Assembly (NCBI GenBank): GCA_000934665.2
Contig: KZ538484.1
Coordinates: 1-64,000 of the forward strand
Length of the DNA stretch: 64,000 nt
Source: Catajapyx aquilonaris
Taxonomy: Eukaryota
Direction of reading: 5' to 3'
Of this stretch, positions 51,074-64,000 are shown piece by piece; within the stretch, counting starts at the first letter, position 1, and every line of letters starts with the position of its first letter. The position numbers and the translations under genes are program-made. Under the pieces are notes generated by a model, which worked only from the letters and a program-made list of their open reading frames with translations, was not told the origin of the DNA and searched no databases.

Positions 51074-51284
51074 TTTGATGGTGTCCATGTGGTGAGTGGG
51101 TCTTTGGACACTAGCATCCGAGTATGGGACGTAGAGAGTGGAGTCTGCAGGCATACGTTAATGGGACACCAATCCCTCACTTCTGGGATGGAGCTGAGGG
51201 ACAACATACTCGTCTCGGGGAATGCAGACTCTACTGTTAAAGTCTGGGACATCACTACAGGACAGTGCTTACAGACACTTTCAG
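51074..51284 (+). CDS. FBXW7: FBXW7 exon (WD40)
   Basis: FDGVHVVSGSLDTSIRVWD...CLQTLSG. Confidence 0.97.
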
Positions 51285-51351
51285 GTCCTTTGAATATTAA
51301 ATGCTTATGAATTGAGATTTTGCTTCTGCTAATGACGGTTTTTGTTTCCAG

Positions 51352-51456
51352 GCCCTAACAAGCACCAATCTGCTGTGACATGTTTACAGTTCAACAATAA
51401 GTTTGTTATTACTTCGTCAGATGATGGAACCGTCAAGTTGTGGGATGTCAAGACAG
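51352..51456 (+). CDS. FBXW7: FBXW7 exon (WD40)
   Basis: GPNKHQSAVTCLQFNNKFVITSSDDGTVKLWDVKTG after a 67-nt intron. Confidence 0.97.
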
Positions 51457-51690
51457 GTGGGTGCCCTTACTCTTGTGTATCTACTATGACTATGGAAATG
51501 TTTGTAAAGATGATTTTCATTGCCAACATGGTTTTTCTACTTGCTGCTAGAATCTGCTATAATCACTGAAGGTGGGATTCAGAGTGGTTGTTTAACTTTA
51601 AATGAGCTGATCTAGTTTTTCATCATCTGCTTGCATATTTAAACATCCTGCGATTCAAGGAAGATGTTTAATTCTTAAATGCTCCTATAT

Positions 51691-52585
51691 CCTCCTGAGA
51701 CCTGGTGTCGACATATGTCAACATCAGCAAAATATTTTTTTGGCGCCAACTAGTGATGCCAACAGAACTGTAATATGTAGGTATCCCCTGGTTACAATCT
51801 GGCCTCAATAGGTGTAGCCACCTAGTGTCGAATATCTGACTTGGGCCGCGAAAATTAAATCGCGGATAAAATGGCGGATTCCGCTGCTGAAGCTAGGCGC
51901 TCATCTGATCAGTTATATTTTTTTACTCATATTTAGAGTGTGATTTTCATCAATGCAGTGAATGTCCTGGGATTCGCAAGGAATGTGTATTAGGAAATAC
52001 GAAAAGAAGTGTCTGTGACAATCTTTGTTGCTGTAGAGTACTGGTAATTTTCTTTTCTTCCTGAGACCAAATGCCCATTTAAATGGACATCCGAAAAATG
52101 GCATTTTTAGCTGAATGGGCTGACTTTTCTTTAAGTGCCTGTACCTATACACCCATACGGAAGTGTGCTTTGCACTATGCAGTTCAGTTTTAAATTCTGG
52201 AATAGCAAGGTACCACTCTAGCGGGTAAGAAGGGAAGGAGCAATGCCCATCCCTGGAGTGGTGGCTTTCAAAAATAATTTCATTTATCTTTAATTGTCTT
52301 CTAAGAGGAATTGCTACCACGAATTCCACAAATGAATTTAAAAAACATTGTTTTGAGGATAGAGCACTATGTTAGTGATCCATTAAGTGGTATTTAAATT
52401 TTCAGCTGTCATCCGTTCTGCTTTTGTAGCACCAATTGGGTCCTAATGTTCTCATTGGTTGTTTGTCACTATTTTTGTTGATATTTTTAAACTAAATTTT
52501 TTTTCTCGTTTCGTATTGGGAAAATGTTCAGAAAATGCAATAGGAACTGACATTCCGTTAAAAATTCTTCTCAGGTCTCAGGAGG
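51691..52585. mobile_element. ATAT-flanked TIR element
   Basis: ATAT-CCTCCTGAGACCTG...CAGGTCTCAGGAGG-ATAT. Confidence 0.8.
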
Positions 52586-52832
52586 ATATGTGGTTGAGTT
52601 AAAATTGAAATTGTAACCTGGTAAGTGGATGATTGAGGGATTGTTAAGTGGGGGAAATGGCAAATATGTACAGTTTTTCATCATATGACTTGTATCACGA
52701 ATGTTTTGGATATGATGTGCCTGCAAACTTTGCAGTTGCAGGCCTACCTGCCCCAGAACACTTTCCTCTCATTCCTGCAAGGCAATAAATTGCGGAATAA
52801 AAAATGATCCGCATAAGAAATGGCACGCACTA

Positions 52833-53217
52833 CAGGGTGGACCAACTTCAAGTGTCGTTTTATAACAGCGATTAATAGCAGTGATTTTGCGAGGATGTAG
52901 CAGCGACGTGTAAAATGTCCCACTTCGGCGCCATCGAAAATATTAGCAGCCAATAGCAGCACACATGTAATCAACCCTGCTGCTGGGTTGACCTGGAAAA
53001 AAGTAGGTGCACACATGACCTGCGATGCGCCTGGGTGAAATGGGTGACGCCCAACGCACCAGATGGACCTGTAATGCAAGGGGGAAGCCTGCAAACGAAA
53101 CAGCTAATATTTTCGATGGCGCCGAAGTGGGGAATTTTACACGTCGCTGCTACGTCAATCGTAAAGCGCTTCTATTAATAGCCGTTATAAAACGACACTT
53201 GAAGTTGGTCCACCCTG
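52833..53217. mobile_element. Tc1-type MITE
   Basis: TA-CAGGGTGGACCAACTTC...GAAGTTGGTCCACCCTG-TA. Confidence 0.9.
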
Positions 53218-53448
53218 TATAATTCCTACACACTGATGGAGGAACTGCTCTAGCACAAGGGAGACAGGTCTACCCCATTGGGCAGGACCTCCCTGACCCT
53301 CTGGGCTTTTATGGCTAAGGCCTCATACTCCTGAAGGCTGTATTATCTCACTCAACCAGATGTGTCAGATTTTGTTTGCTTCCATGCCACCATATTGAAT
53401 TAGGCAGTGGGGGCCCATCTAGTGGGAGTGGGGTTGGATGGCCTAAAT

Positions 53449-53850
53449 CAGTGATTCCCAACCTTTTCGTCGTGACGCCCCCCTTTTTGTTTTCGCCAAA
53501 CACTCACGTCCCCCCCCCCCCTCCCCCCACCCCCAAGAAATTTCAGCAAGAGTTTCTTGAAAGACAATTTTATAACTGAGGAATGAAAACCTGTTGAAAT
53601 AGGAGCAACAACAGAAGGGCCGCGAAATTTTTTGGGGGTTCAAGGTCACAAAGTTTAGGTGAATGTAGCTGACAAAGTACAGAGGAATCTTCCTACACTG
53701 TAAGCACATCAGATACAAGCATGGAGAAATGTCGGTCCCTTCATATTTCCAGCAGCGCCAAGCGGAAACATGTTACATTATTTTACGTATTTCTCATGGC
53801 CTCACGCCCCCCCTGAAATCCTCTAACGCCCCCCAGGTTGAGAACCACTG
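53449..53850. mobile_element. hAT non-autonomous element
   Basis: CAGTG ends; TSD GCCTAAAT/GCTTAAAT. Confidence 0.85.
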
Positions 53851-54994
53851 GCTTAAATAGTGAGAGGTAGAGGTGGCCTGATTGTGGCTACTAACTGAGA
53901 GTACAGGAAATGCTTGCAAGACAGCCATGCCAACTTGGGTTTTTAAGTAACTAGATGCGGCACCTGGCGTTGCCTGGAAAGAAATGAATGAAGGGGAAAC
54001 ACCTGCCAGTAGCCCCGTCAAAATTTTCACGCACAGAGAGCCACCATATGGGAGCTTTCTCAGCAGTTTGGACTTCGCAAAAAGTGGACTTTTGTACCCA
54101 GTCCTTCCCACCCGGACGACAGATGGCAGGCAAATGCCGCTTGGCAGGCCGCAAAAAAGCCAGATGTAGCTACAAAACTGCTGAGTTGGCAACGCTGGGA
54201 CAGAGACGACAGACTCGCAAACGGCTTTATTTATATAGATTTTTCTAGTCAGCCTTGTCCATGTTGACAGGTTTCTGTATGGGAGGTTTAGTGCCTTTCA
54301 AAACACACATTGTTACATGCAATTAGTTGGCTCTTTTAACATCTGCCTAAATTATGCCCTAAGTTTAGGGTGTCCCAAAAAACTTATATGCACTTTGATT
54401 GCTGAAAATTCATGACTTGATAATGAAGGAAGAAATGTGAGAATAAGAATGCAGTAACAACCAACTCCTTCTCCTTCTCAAACTTTCTCAAACTATCCTG
54501 CACTCATATCCAGGCATAATTGATACTGTCAAGAAACTGAAGTGCACATGTCACTTGTGATATATCTTGATAATGCTGCACATTCTGCTTCAATGTCTTG
54601 TGGTAATTCAGAGGTAGTCGTTGGTTTTGTGAATTTTCTCATGTGAGAATCTCGAGAAGGTGTATGGAATGGCCCATGGAATTTTCCCAAACATATTACT
54701 GTTGGCTGGTCAGAAGGAATTACCAATCATGCGGCTGGTGTAGGTTTGAAGGATTCTCAGTGAGAAAGGAGAGCTAATCTGCCACAGATGATAACCCTTT
54801 GACAGCGGAGTTTTTTGGGCCGTTTTCTTTTTGCTTGCTTGTTTCTTGACCAAAATTTGTAGTAGGAGTGATATTAATGAAAACAATACGCTCCAATATT
54901 TATAATTTTAACTCGCGGTGGTCCTTTTGAATGTAAAATGCCGAAAAAATTCATCTACAGGGTGTTCCAGAAAAAAAAATTAAAGTCCAATTAA

Positions 54995-56393
54995 TCCTTT
55001 GTCTCCCCCGCATGATTTGGTTGTATTATAATACAACCAAACAAAATATATATTTTTTAAATCACTGGTATAACGCCGATGGATATTTCTTTCACCATAG
55101 CCTTAGGAAATGTACATAGTTTCTATGTTTATGGGTATTTACGCTACTCGCATGATAATTTTAATGCCACGACGTCATAGGCCAAAGGTTCCATTCATTG
55201 TAAACAGCCAGAAACAAACATTTACTGCACGAATTTAAACACACGCAGCTCTTGCCACTTATTTCCCTATATATGGACGTCCAGCTGAAAACCATTTTTA
55301 AAAATCCCGAAATTTTGCGACTTGCTTTTGGCCGGGAAAAAAATCAGAACGATCTGTGAAGGGTAGGCAATCTCCCCCGGCGCCATTTTGGTCGTCTAGA
55401 GTGTCCTCGCTCCTAATTGGCCGGGCGGACTGCTCCGAGCACTTGACGTTGCCAGCTTGCCACCTGAGCCGCCTTTTTTTTGTGCACCTGGCGGATCACA
55501 TTACCTCCGTTTAAACCAGACCTTTAAAATGTTTAATGGACACTAATGTTTTCATAATTCATCAGAGAGACTGGGCAACCATATAAAATTTTCTTGGATT
55601 ATTTAGAGGGGTATAAGCCGCCTTTAAAAAAAAACATTAGGTTATGTCAGGAACACAAGCCGCAGCTTTTGACATGAATACGTCTTTAAAATCGGATCAG
55701 TATTGGGGGAGTGAATGGATTGCTTATTATCAGTATTGAAGTCTGGACACATGCATGGTGACCCTAAAGTCTGGACACATTCCTCCTAAGAATTTCACTG
55801 CATGCCCCCGCCATGGGTCCCCTGGCAGGGTCCTGACTATAACACTCACACACCACTTCGGATATAGTAGACTCGGGTATAACAGACTGTAACACTTTTC
55901 TGTAACGCTCGAGTGTGCCTCCATGCCCCCTATGCTGATCTGAATTTAGCCGCTTCGGATATAGTAGACTTGGTTATAATAGACTCGGATATAGTAGACT
56001 GTAGCGCTTTTCTGTAACGCTCGAGTTTGCCTCCCCCCTATGCGGATCCGAAGTTAGCGCTGCCAGGGGCCTGACTGTAACGCTTTTCTGTAACGCTCGA
56101 GTTTGCCTGCATGCCCCCCCTCTATATACGGACCCGATTTTAAAGACGTATTCACGTCAAAAACCGCGTAGATAACTAAATAGGATGACGTCACCGTCTT
56201 GTGCATAATTTATGAAGCGGTTGCTGCCCTCTCTCGATATGCAGCGTAGGTTGGTATGACTCGCAATGCTCAGCCCCCTCTTGTGCATGAATTGAGAGCG
56301 AAACCAATGGTGCCAGATCCAGGGGATTTTCACCTAGGGCACTCTTTTTAAACCCCCACCCGAAGAGTGCAAAATCGCGTGGGAGACAAAGGG
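54995..56393. mobile_element. piggyBac-like element, long form
   Basis: TTAA TSD; colinear with 33522-34368 plus an extra internal segment. Confidence 0.85.
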
Positions 56394-57084
56394 TTAACTT
56401 TAAATGTCATTTATTCATTCCTTGTACATCACTGCTTAATTCCCATAAAGGGGTGAACAGCTGTCACTAGGTTATACCTGGTCACCTCGTTAAGACCGAC
56501 AGAGTGACACCTCTGGTGGATGGTCAGGCCACACAGAGTGTTAATGAAGGTGGTGATGATGAAAACAATAGTATGATCACATATACAAACACAATCATAC
56601 AGTGTAAAAAGACAACATTGTAAACAATTTGCAAAGAGCTTGACGCGGTGTTGGGCCACGTCGTCGAATCTGGAACACCCACTCGTGTGACCTCTCAGTT
56701 TGACAGCCAGGCACAGAATGGAACGACTGGTTGTTTACGTCGCCTTCCAACTTGAAATGTAATTTAATTAAATTTTTGAAGTCAATATAAAATTGATGTT
56801 ATGATTACATAATACTGAAGTACTGTACTAGGAGAAATTCCTAAAAGTCCAGACTTATGGGACACCCTGTTCTGACGCCTCAGAAATGATAAATTAGCAA
56901 ATAGGAGCCTTTAGGATTTAAATAGGATTTTAAAGAGGGCACGCATATGATATGCCATTATTATTGATACATATGAATAAGCCCATTGTTTTCTGTTAGA
57001 GTTAGAGCACTTCATAAAGAGGGACTTGAGAATGGTGCTGCCAGTATTTATTTGTTGTAATGAAGATATTTTTGCACTTTTCAG

Positions 57085-57248
57085 GGGAGTTTATCCGCAA
57101 CCTAGTTGCCCTGGACAGCGGAGGTAGTGGAGGAGTTGTGTGGCGCATACGGGCTAATGAGACAAAATTGGTCTGTGCAGTTGGAAGCCGTAATGGCACT
57201 GAAGAGACCAAGCTTCTTGTTCTTGACTTTGATGTTGAGCCCAAATGA
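57085..57248 (+). CDS. FBXW7: FBXW7 terminal coding exon
   Basis: [54 protein letters not shown]. Confidence 0.97.
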
Positions 57249-60200
57249 GGTGGACTTGATCTCTTCATGGTATCGTTTGGGGTGGATTGGGGGGCACCGA
57301 CGGTTTGAAGTAATATCTGATTGGAGAGGGCTGCCATTGACTCAGGTAAACATTTCTGTCACTTTTTTTTCCCCCAATGAGGAAATGGAGCAGGACAGAA
57401 ATAGGGCATTGGTGTTGATAATTAGGAGTTGGGCATTTTGGTTGAATAGCTTATTTGGAAAGGGGGGGGATATAGCCCTGGAAATGTTTTGGCTCCCACA
57501 TTTAAGAATCTCAATGTTAATAATTTTCTGTTATGTATATAAATGAAGAACAGTTTCAGTGAGACAGGATAAAGTGCTGAAATTAGGATCCTTCTTATCA
57601 ATCAGCCTCTAACTATAATCATTCCACATTGACAGAATTGTTTGAAATTTTATTTGTTCAGTGTAATTTTGTTTATTCTTTGTTCTAAATAATACTCCAT
57701 AATAATCTTTATTTTACATCCATGCATTTGTCCTTCTTGCTCCTAGAAGTTTAATGACATGATGCATTTGGTTACACCTGCAAATGAAGTGGGGTTTTTA
57801 ATGTGCACATTTGTGAGATTGGTTGACTGAGTGGAAAGAAGCCAACATTTTTGACAACTGCAGCACAATTTCTTCACATTGGTGTTATTTTTTCAGTGAC
57901 GATAAATTTTTGCCTTGCTGTGTAATGTATGTATTGACAGCTTGAAAAATGATGCTGCTCTGTCAAGCAACTGTGTCAACAGAGAGAAATCCTGCATTCC
58001 ACTCATCTTGGTCATTTTTAAATGATCATCTCAACGGCCCAAGAGTGACATTTCCAAAGCACAGATGTTAGAAACAATATATTTTTAATGAACCTCTTAT
58101 GCCATAACACAGCAAAGAGAGAAACTAGAGATGATTAGTGGGAAAAAGAAACTGAAGTGGGCCAAAATTTACCAGGGCAAGTAATTTTATTCCCTGAATG
58201 TTTTAGCTTCTTTGGGTTGTCCTTTCTCATGTCATGCCCAATTTTGTGCACCAGGACCCAGATGTTTTAGCCAGTAATATTTTTTCCCCAGCTTATGTTA
58301 ATTGTTGCATGAGAATGGAGAGAAATGAGTGCCAGTATTGAAAAGAGGCTTCATATTTTATTTAGTTGGAAGCAATTCCGTTGTTGATTTTCTCTGGGAA
58401 GGATTTCAGGCTGGTTGTGGTTGCATTTTTTAAGGTGATGTAAGTATCAATGTTTTATGTAAAAATTAACATATTGTTGCATTCACAACTTCCCCATGAT
58501 TTGGTATTTTAAAAGACCATTGTAAGTGGGAAAACTTGTCGAGTCAGTGCAGATGGAAACAAACATTGCCCAGTTGCCAAACTTCAGCTCTCATTGTTGC
58601 ACTGTTTTACAGTGTGATGAATTAATTTATTATTGTGCTAATTGATTGTTCCAAGGAGAAACTCACTTCAGGTGAAGTAGAACAACTACCCAAGTGGGTT
58701 GAGACGTCAAATGTAATACAAGGACTCTTGGGACTGCATCATACCTGTGACGTACATGTCAAGAGTTAAAATATAAATATATAATTATGTATATTTGTAA
58801 AAAACAAAGGAAACAACAAGAAAAAGACTGTTGCTTTGATAGCAGATATATTTCTTTCTACTTAAGTTTTTCCCCTTTTGGTAAATATGATCAGCAATTT
58901 GTTACAAGCTCTTCTTCCTTCACCTTTTTAAAGAAGGAGTGGATTGAGTAATGAGCACCTTGATTTTAAAACCAAACCATTTAGAAAGCATGATTATAAT
59001 TTTTTGCCATGATGAAAACAGTGATGAATAATGAGTCATTCCACCATAGGCGAGTGTTGCATCTCGTGACATGGTTTGTTTTTAAAATCAATGCATTTAT
59101 TACTTTCAGGGATCTCAATGCATGATCCTATGCTCCTGAGTGACTTGGCCTTCCATCATTTTTGGGGGTATGCGCCAAACAAGCACTGTTTGTTGCTCAA
59201 ATGAGAGGAAGTAAAACGTGACCTTTGTTTTTCTTGTATTGCGTTGACTGTGAAGAATTCTACAGGAAATTAAACATTTGTAACAAATGATTTTCCTGTG
59301 CTTATTCATCACCTTGTGTGTTTCTCCCCTATTCTTAGTCATTGTCAGAGCTTTTTCGAAAAAGGAGAAAACCAGGACATTAGGGTACTTGGCATGCAAT
59401 GTCACTTTCTTTTGTGAATTTCTTTCATCATAGGTGGTGTGATCTTTTCTCTTAGCAGGTGAAATATTGCACATGTCCAAGGAAAAGACCCACCTGAGTA
59501 TTTGAACCTTGAGAATCTCGAAAGAGATCCTTGGAGAGGCAGAATAGAATGGAACTGTTTTAGGTTGTCTTTCCCTTCTACACATGCACAACACAAGCAC
59601 CTATGATTTGGAGTATGTTCCGAAGTTGCTTGACTAGATTGTCATCTAAGGCAGAGAAACACCTAGTATTTGAATTACATTAATTAATATTACTTGCCAT
59701 GTGAATATGCTTTTGTATGACCTTCCACCTTCATTTGGGAAAGCTCCGTAATATGAACAGTCGAAGGAGGTGAACATGATAGGATAGCACTGATTCAAAT
59801 CTACAAAATTCGGCTATGTTCTTCAAACAAGTATCTAATTTGGTGTTCAATTTATGTAATCACCGACTATGATACAGTGGCCTGCTGGGACTTTGGTGCA
59901 AAATATATGACTAGAAATTATAATATTAGGCTACCAAGATATTCTGTACCCCAATATATTGACTTAATCTCAATATAAGGTTACCAATGCAATGGGAAGA
60001 AGAGAAGTGTGTCATAGGTCTCTGCTATGTGCTAGGTTCCCCTACATAGTGACAACAATACTGACTCCAGTTTTTTCTCATATCTGTTTATTTTTTCATT
60101 TATGTCATTGTCAATTCACTAAAAAAAATCTTGAAACATGTGAACAATGAATTAGTGGCCACAAATACTATCGTTTCAGTAATGCACTTCCACAATCCTG

Positions 60201-60729
60201 CACATCGTGACAAGTCCAGGGGCAGAGGTAAATGGCAAAGTGGGTTTTAGTGGTAACCGCACACCAGCAGCAGGATTGTGCTGCTGTTGTGCCAAGGGAC
60301 AAGAAGGCAGCACAGGCATGTCCAGCTTCACAATATGTAGGCTTGTCATGAAGTAAGGCTTATTGATACACATTGGTAGAGGGTAGTTTTGTGAGCCTGA
60401 TGGTGAAGTTTCAGTTGTGATAAAATCACAAATATTAATGTCAATGACAACTGTAAGTCTCGTCAATCTTTCCTGGAATGAAGTAAAATTATGCGCTCTC
60501 ACTGTAAAGGGGGGGGAAGGAAAGAATAGTTTGACTCCATTTTAGTAGTATTTTTTCTTCTTCTAAAGATGGTGCTAAAAAGGAAAGGGACACATGCGAG
60601 AGGAACTGATGGTTTCAAGGGGATGGGGAAGCGATGCTTGGTCAAGATTTGGGACAAGGTGCATTGCCTAGCATGCCTGCTCTAACTTTGTGTGTTGCTC
60701 TCAAATTCTAATCAATCTGTGAAAATTCT

Positions 60730-60942
60730 TCATGGTTTTTTGGGGAGGGAACATAGGTGCAAGTGCAATGTCTACAAATGGGTCATGTGCTGTTCCCCAG
60801 GAGGTTAGGTTGCCAGACACCTTGGTGCAGGTGAGAGACCCTCCTGACGCAGGTGAAAGGAAAGTTCCCCAGGCGGGGATCGAACCTGGGGCCTTTCACT
60901 CAGCAAGCCGTGACGTTACCATCACGGCCACCACACCTCCCC
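60730..60942 (-). mobile_element. tRNA-derived SINE, 3'-truncated or diverged
   Basis: - strand GGGGAGGTGTGGTGGCCGTGATGG...GGTTCGATCCCC; core shared with the 1686 SINE. Confidence 0.75.
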
Positions 60943-61532
60943 GCGACTACTCTTTTTAAACTGATGTAAGAACAAATCTTTGCTGTAAATGAAATATTCA
61001 CAAATGCCATCTGGAAATGCAGATGATTGAGAACAGGGTTTAACTTATGGTATATTGTCACTGGCAATAAGTAGAGCAATCACAGGGATTGCACTACTTT
61101 GCACAGCATATTTCATTGCAGTTTGGAACTCACTGTCAGATTGCGAAGTTTTCATATTTATACTATCCCAGGTGCTTGTACAGTGTACTGTACCTACTGT
61201 AGTGAAGAAAAGGACCAAAACCAACTATCTTTTCTCATAATATTATGCCAATGCTTCTGTCTTTGCCTACATTATTATGAAGTTATCCTGGGCAACACTG
61301 TGTCCTCTAGTATAATTGAATCGGTCATTGTGAAAAGGTGTCATATCCTCGGGAAATGCGCTGGAGATGACCCCTTTTCCAAATGACCGATTCAATTATA
61401 TCTTTATCCAGCTGAGGAGCATTGTAAATAGGATTGTAATTTATTTGTTCGCCACCTACATGGGTTACTCAATGTAGCCAGTTCAGGGAAGTTCTCCATG
61501 TCAATTGTGTACCCATTGTAATTGTTGACTCT

Positions 61533-61775
61533 CGGTATTTCGCAAATTGGCTGAAACTTGATATGCATGGCATAGGTGTGTACAGCTGCCATTTCTTGCA
61601 GCAAAATCCGAGATGGTCTAGCAACATTTAGGCCCACTTGATTGGGAAAACCCCCTATATTTGAGGACTTTGGTTTTTTGACTGCCCCGAGGTCAAAAAC
61701 AAATCAGAGACAAAATGAATGATCATTATGAGTTACGAATGACCTAAGGAACATGGAAATAGCGATGAATTTCCA
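61533..61775 (+). mobile_element. Partial copy of the 567-2648 element and its right flank
   Basis: Colinear with 1409-1468 plus 2577-2765. Confidence 0.8.
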
Positions 61776-63685
61776 TTGACCCCCCAAAAAAATGTTAATT
61801 TTTGTTGCATAGTGTTATAGCAATAATTTCAAACTTCAAAGTATATGCTTATTCCATACATATCACCTACAAAACATGTAATAAATAACGAAATAATTTT
61901 GTAATGTCTTACCCTACCTTGCACCATAACGATCTGGACAATAGATCGGCATTTTTGGTGACTCCGGTGATGTCATTTTTTAAATGCGATGCAAGGTGGG
62001 GTGATTTTGCGCGCCAACCACAGTGAGAATCTCGATAGGATTCCCACAGATAGTACCCTTGCAGATACCACTCTTATTGGCTAAGGATTCTCTGTTCACC
62101 AATTCATTCAGTAATGGCTAAAGTGGACATAACTGGGGTAGGGCTAGTGGTCATAACCGGTACAACCACACTATATACTGTATACCCAATACAATTATAT
62201 CAGCGGTATACGTCCTTTTTGGAGATTTGTAAATGCCACTACCACCTTTAGAACTTCGCGCCTAAATCATCCGGGCACCTGTTCGCCATCTGCCTGAACC
62301 TGAACACGATGCAGCCCAAGATGCAGCCAGATCAGGTATGTTCCCCTGATCCCCCTGATCGTAGAGCGGGCAGCCACGCGTCAGGATGAAAGCAACCAGT
62401 TAACTGGTTCTTTTCATCCTGACGCGTGGCTGCCCGCTCGACGCGAGGGACAATTCTTTTTGGACTGATGATACCAGGGTGGTAGCAGGTATGCCCTGGT
62501 ATGCCTATATGGCTATATTCCCATTAATTATCATTATTATTGAATATCTTGATGTACCACTGGAGTGATATTACTGGTTGGTTAAAAAGACCAGTTTTTC
62601 TGTATAACATGCTTCTGTGACAATTTTTCTCTGCACAGGTAGTTGGCGACGCCTTCAATTTATTGGCAACCATGTTTATAGTTCTCTTTTTCTTCTTTTT
62701 TTCTTGTTTTTGTGTGTGGGTGGGTGTGTCTGAGAAGGCGAACGTCCGTGTGTTGTCGGAGATCGCCGTGAAATCCAAGTCCATCGGCTATGATGCCCCC
62801 AAGCAAGGTTAGTCTCTTGCTCATCCGGTACCGCTTAAGGGTCGTGCTCCTCGAAGAGGCTGCAGTTGCTGGTATTCTCTGCGTTTCGGGGGCACGGATG
62901 CGAAAGTTTCTCGTTCTGCCTAGTAAATTGGTTGTGGGGACAAAATGGCCATGCCCGAGGCCGAGGGGCGGGTTGGTTGTCCACTCATGACACTGAGCCG
63001 AAATTATAATCCTCCAGGAAAAGGTCTTCTGTGCATTACCGTATATATTATCATAGTGTGGAGATAGCCTTAAGCTGGAGCTGCATCGTTTCGTCGTGGT
63101 TGATTACGAATGAAAACTTGGACGTCACTCTTCGGCCAATATATTCTTGCAAATAATAAACGCCTCTGAACCAATCGAGGTTCCGCAATGGAAATTTTCT
63201 ATGATGGGGTGAGAAAATTCTCATCTCAATATTATTATATTATTTCCTGGGATTTTCCATAGAAAAAGCGACAAAATCGATCATCTTTCTCTGGGACACA
63301 TTGCCTCCCACTGGTATTATTCAAATCATGCAGCCATGTCAAGGCTTCCATTAGGTAGTGATTGTTAAAAGTGGTTTCTTCAAGCTCTCTTCAATCTTTC
63401 CTCCTCCAATGAAATGATTTTTGTGGAAGGCAACACTTTGGTGAATATAAACCTGAAAGCAAGAGGCAGGGCTGGTGTTAGGGTAGTGCAGGGCCTTCAT
63501 TAACAATAAGTAGCAGTTGTTAAAGAAGGTCCTGTGACTGTATCCCACCCTAGAGCTTATCTATCTGTCTATCTAAAACTATCTAAGGCTCATCATTGAT
63601 GTATTCTTGTGGGTTGTGGTAAGCTGTCTGATAGTCATATTAGGCCTTGCTCACCATTGTACAAGTAACATTGTAATGGAGAATT

Positions 63686-64000
<315 letters not shown>

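Noticed and set aside
51285..51351. Possible U12 or recently gained intron (donor GTCCTTT; CAGGYCCT at both ends)
   Set aside because: Not the GTATCCTT U12 consensus; as recalled, vertebrate FBXW7 has an intron at the same position.
60865..60942. tRNA gene candidates (also 9911, 4785, 19654, about 2000)
   Set aside because: A/B boxes are present but stems are imperfect and each continues into a SINE core.

Overview
Eukaryotic genomic DNA from a repeat-rich arthropod (probably an insect; inferred from the proteins and TE types). Two + strand spliced genes can be rebuilt by hand with phase-consistent GT-AG introns. (1) The 3' part of a Nervous wreck/FCHSD-type F-BAR + double-SH3 gene: 8 exons, 12030-21170; its 5' exons probably lie outside the window. 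(2) A complete archipelago/FBXW7 F-box/WD40 gene: 10 coding exons, 37318-57248, with a probable promoter near 30.7-31.1 kb. Introns and intergenic DNA are packed with non-autonomous DNA transposons (Tc1/mariner, hAT, PIF/Harbinger, piggyBac-like, CACTA-like, P/hAT-like). Many are near-complete palindromes and several are nested. Five tRNA-headed SINEs are built from swappable modules, four of them on a shared 3' tail. I see no CRISPR array, intact transposase or demonstrably new gene system. The best leads are the modular SINEs, an inverted TE pair flanking the FBXW7 ATG exon (circRNA candidate), a mariner MITE made of two 3' ends, and a possible divergent lncRNA.
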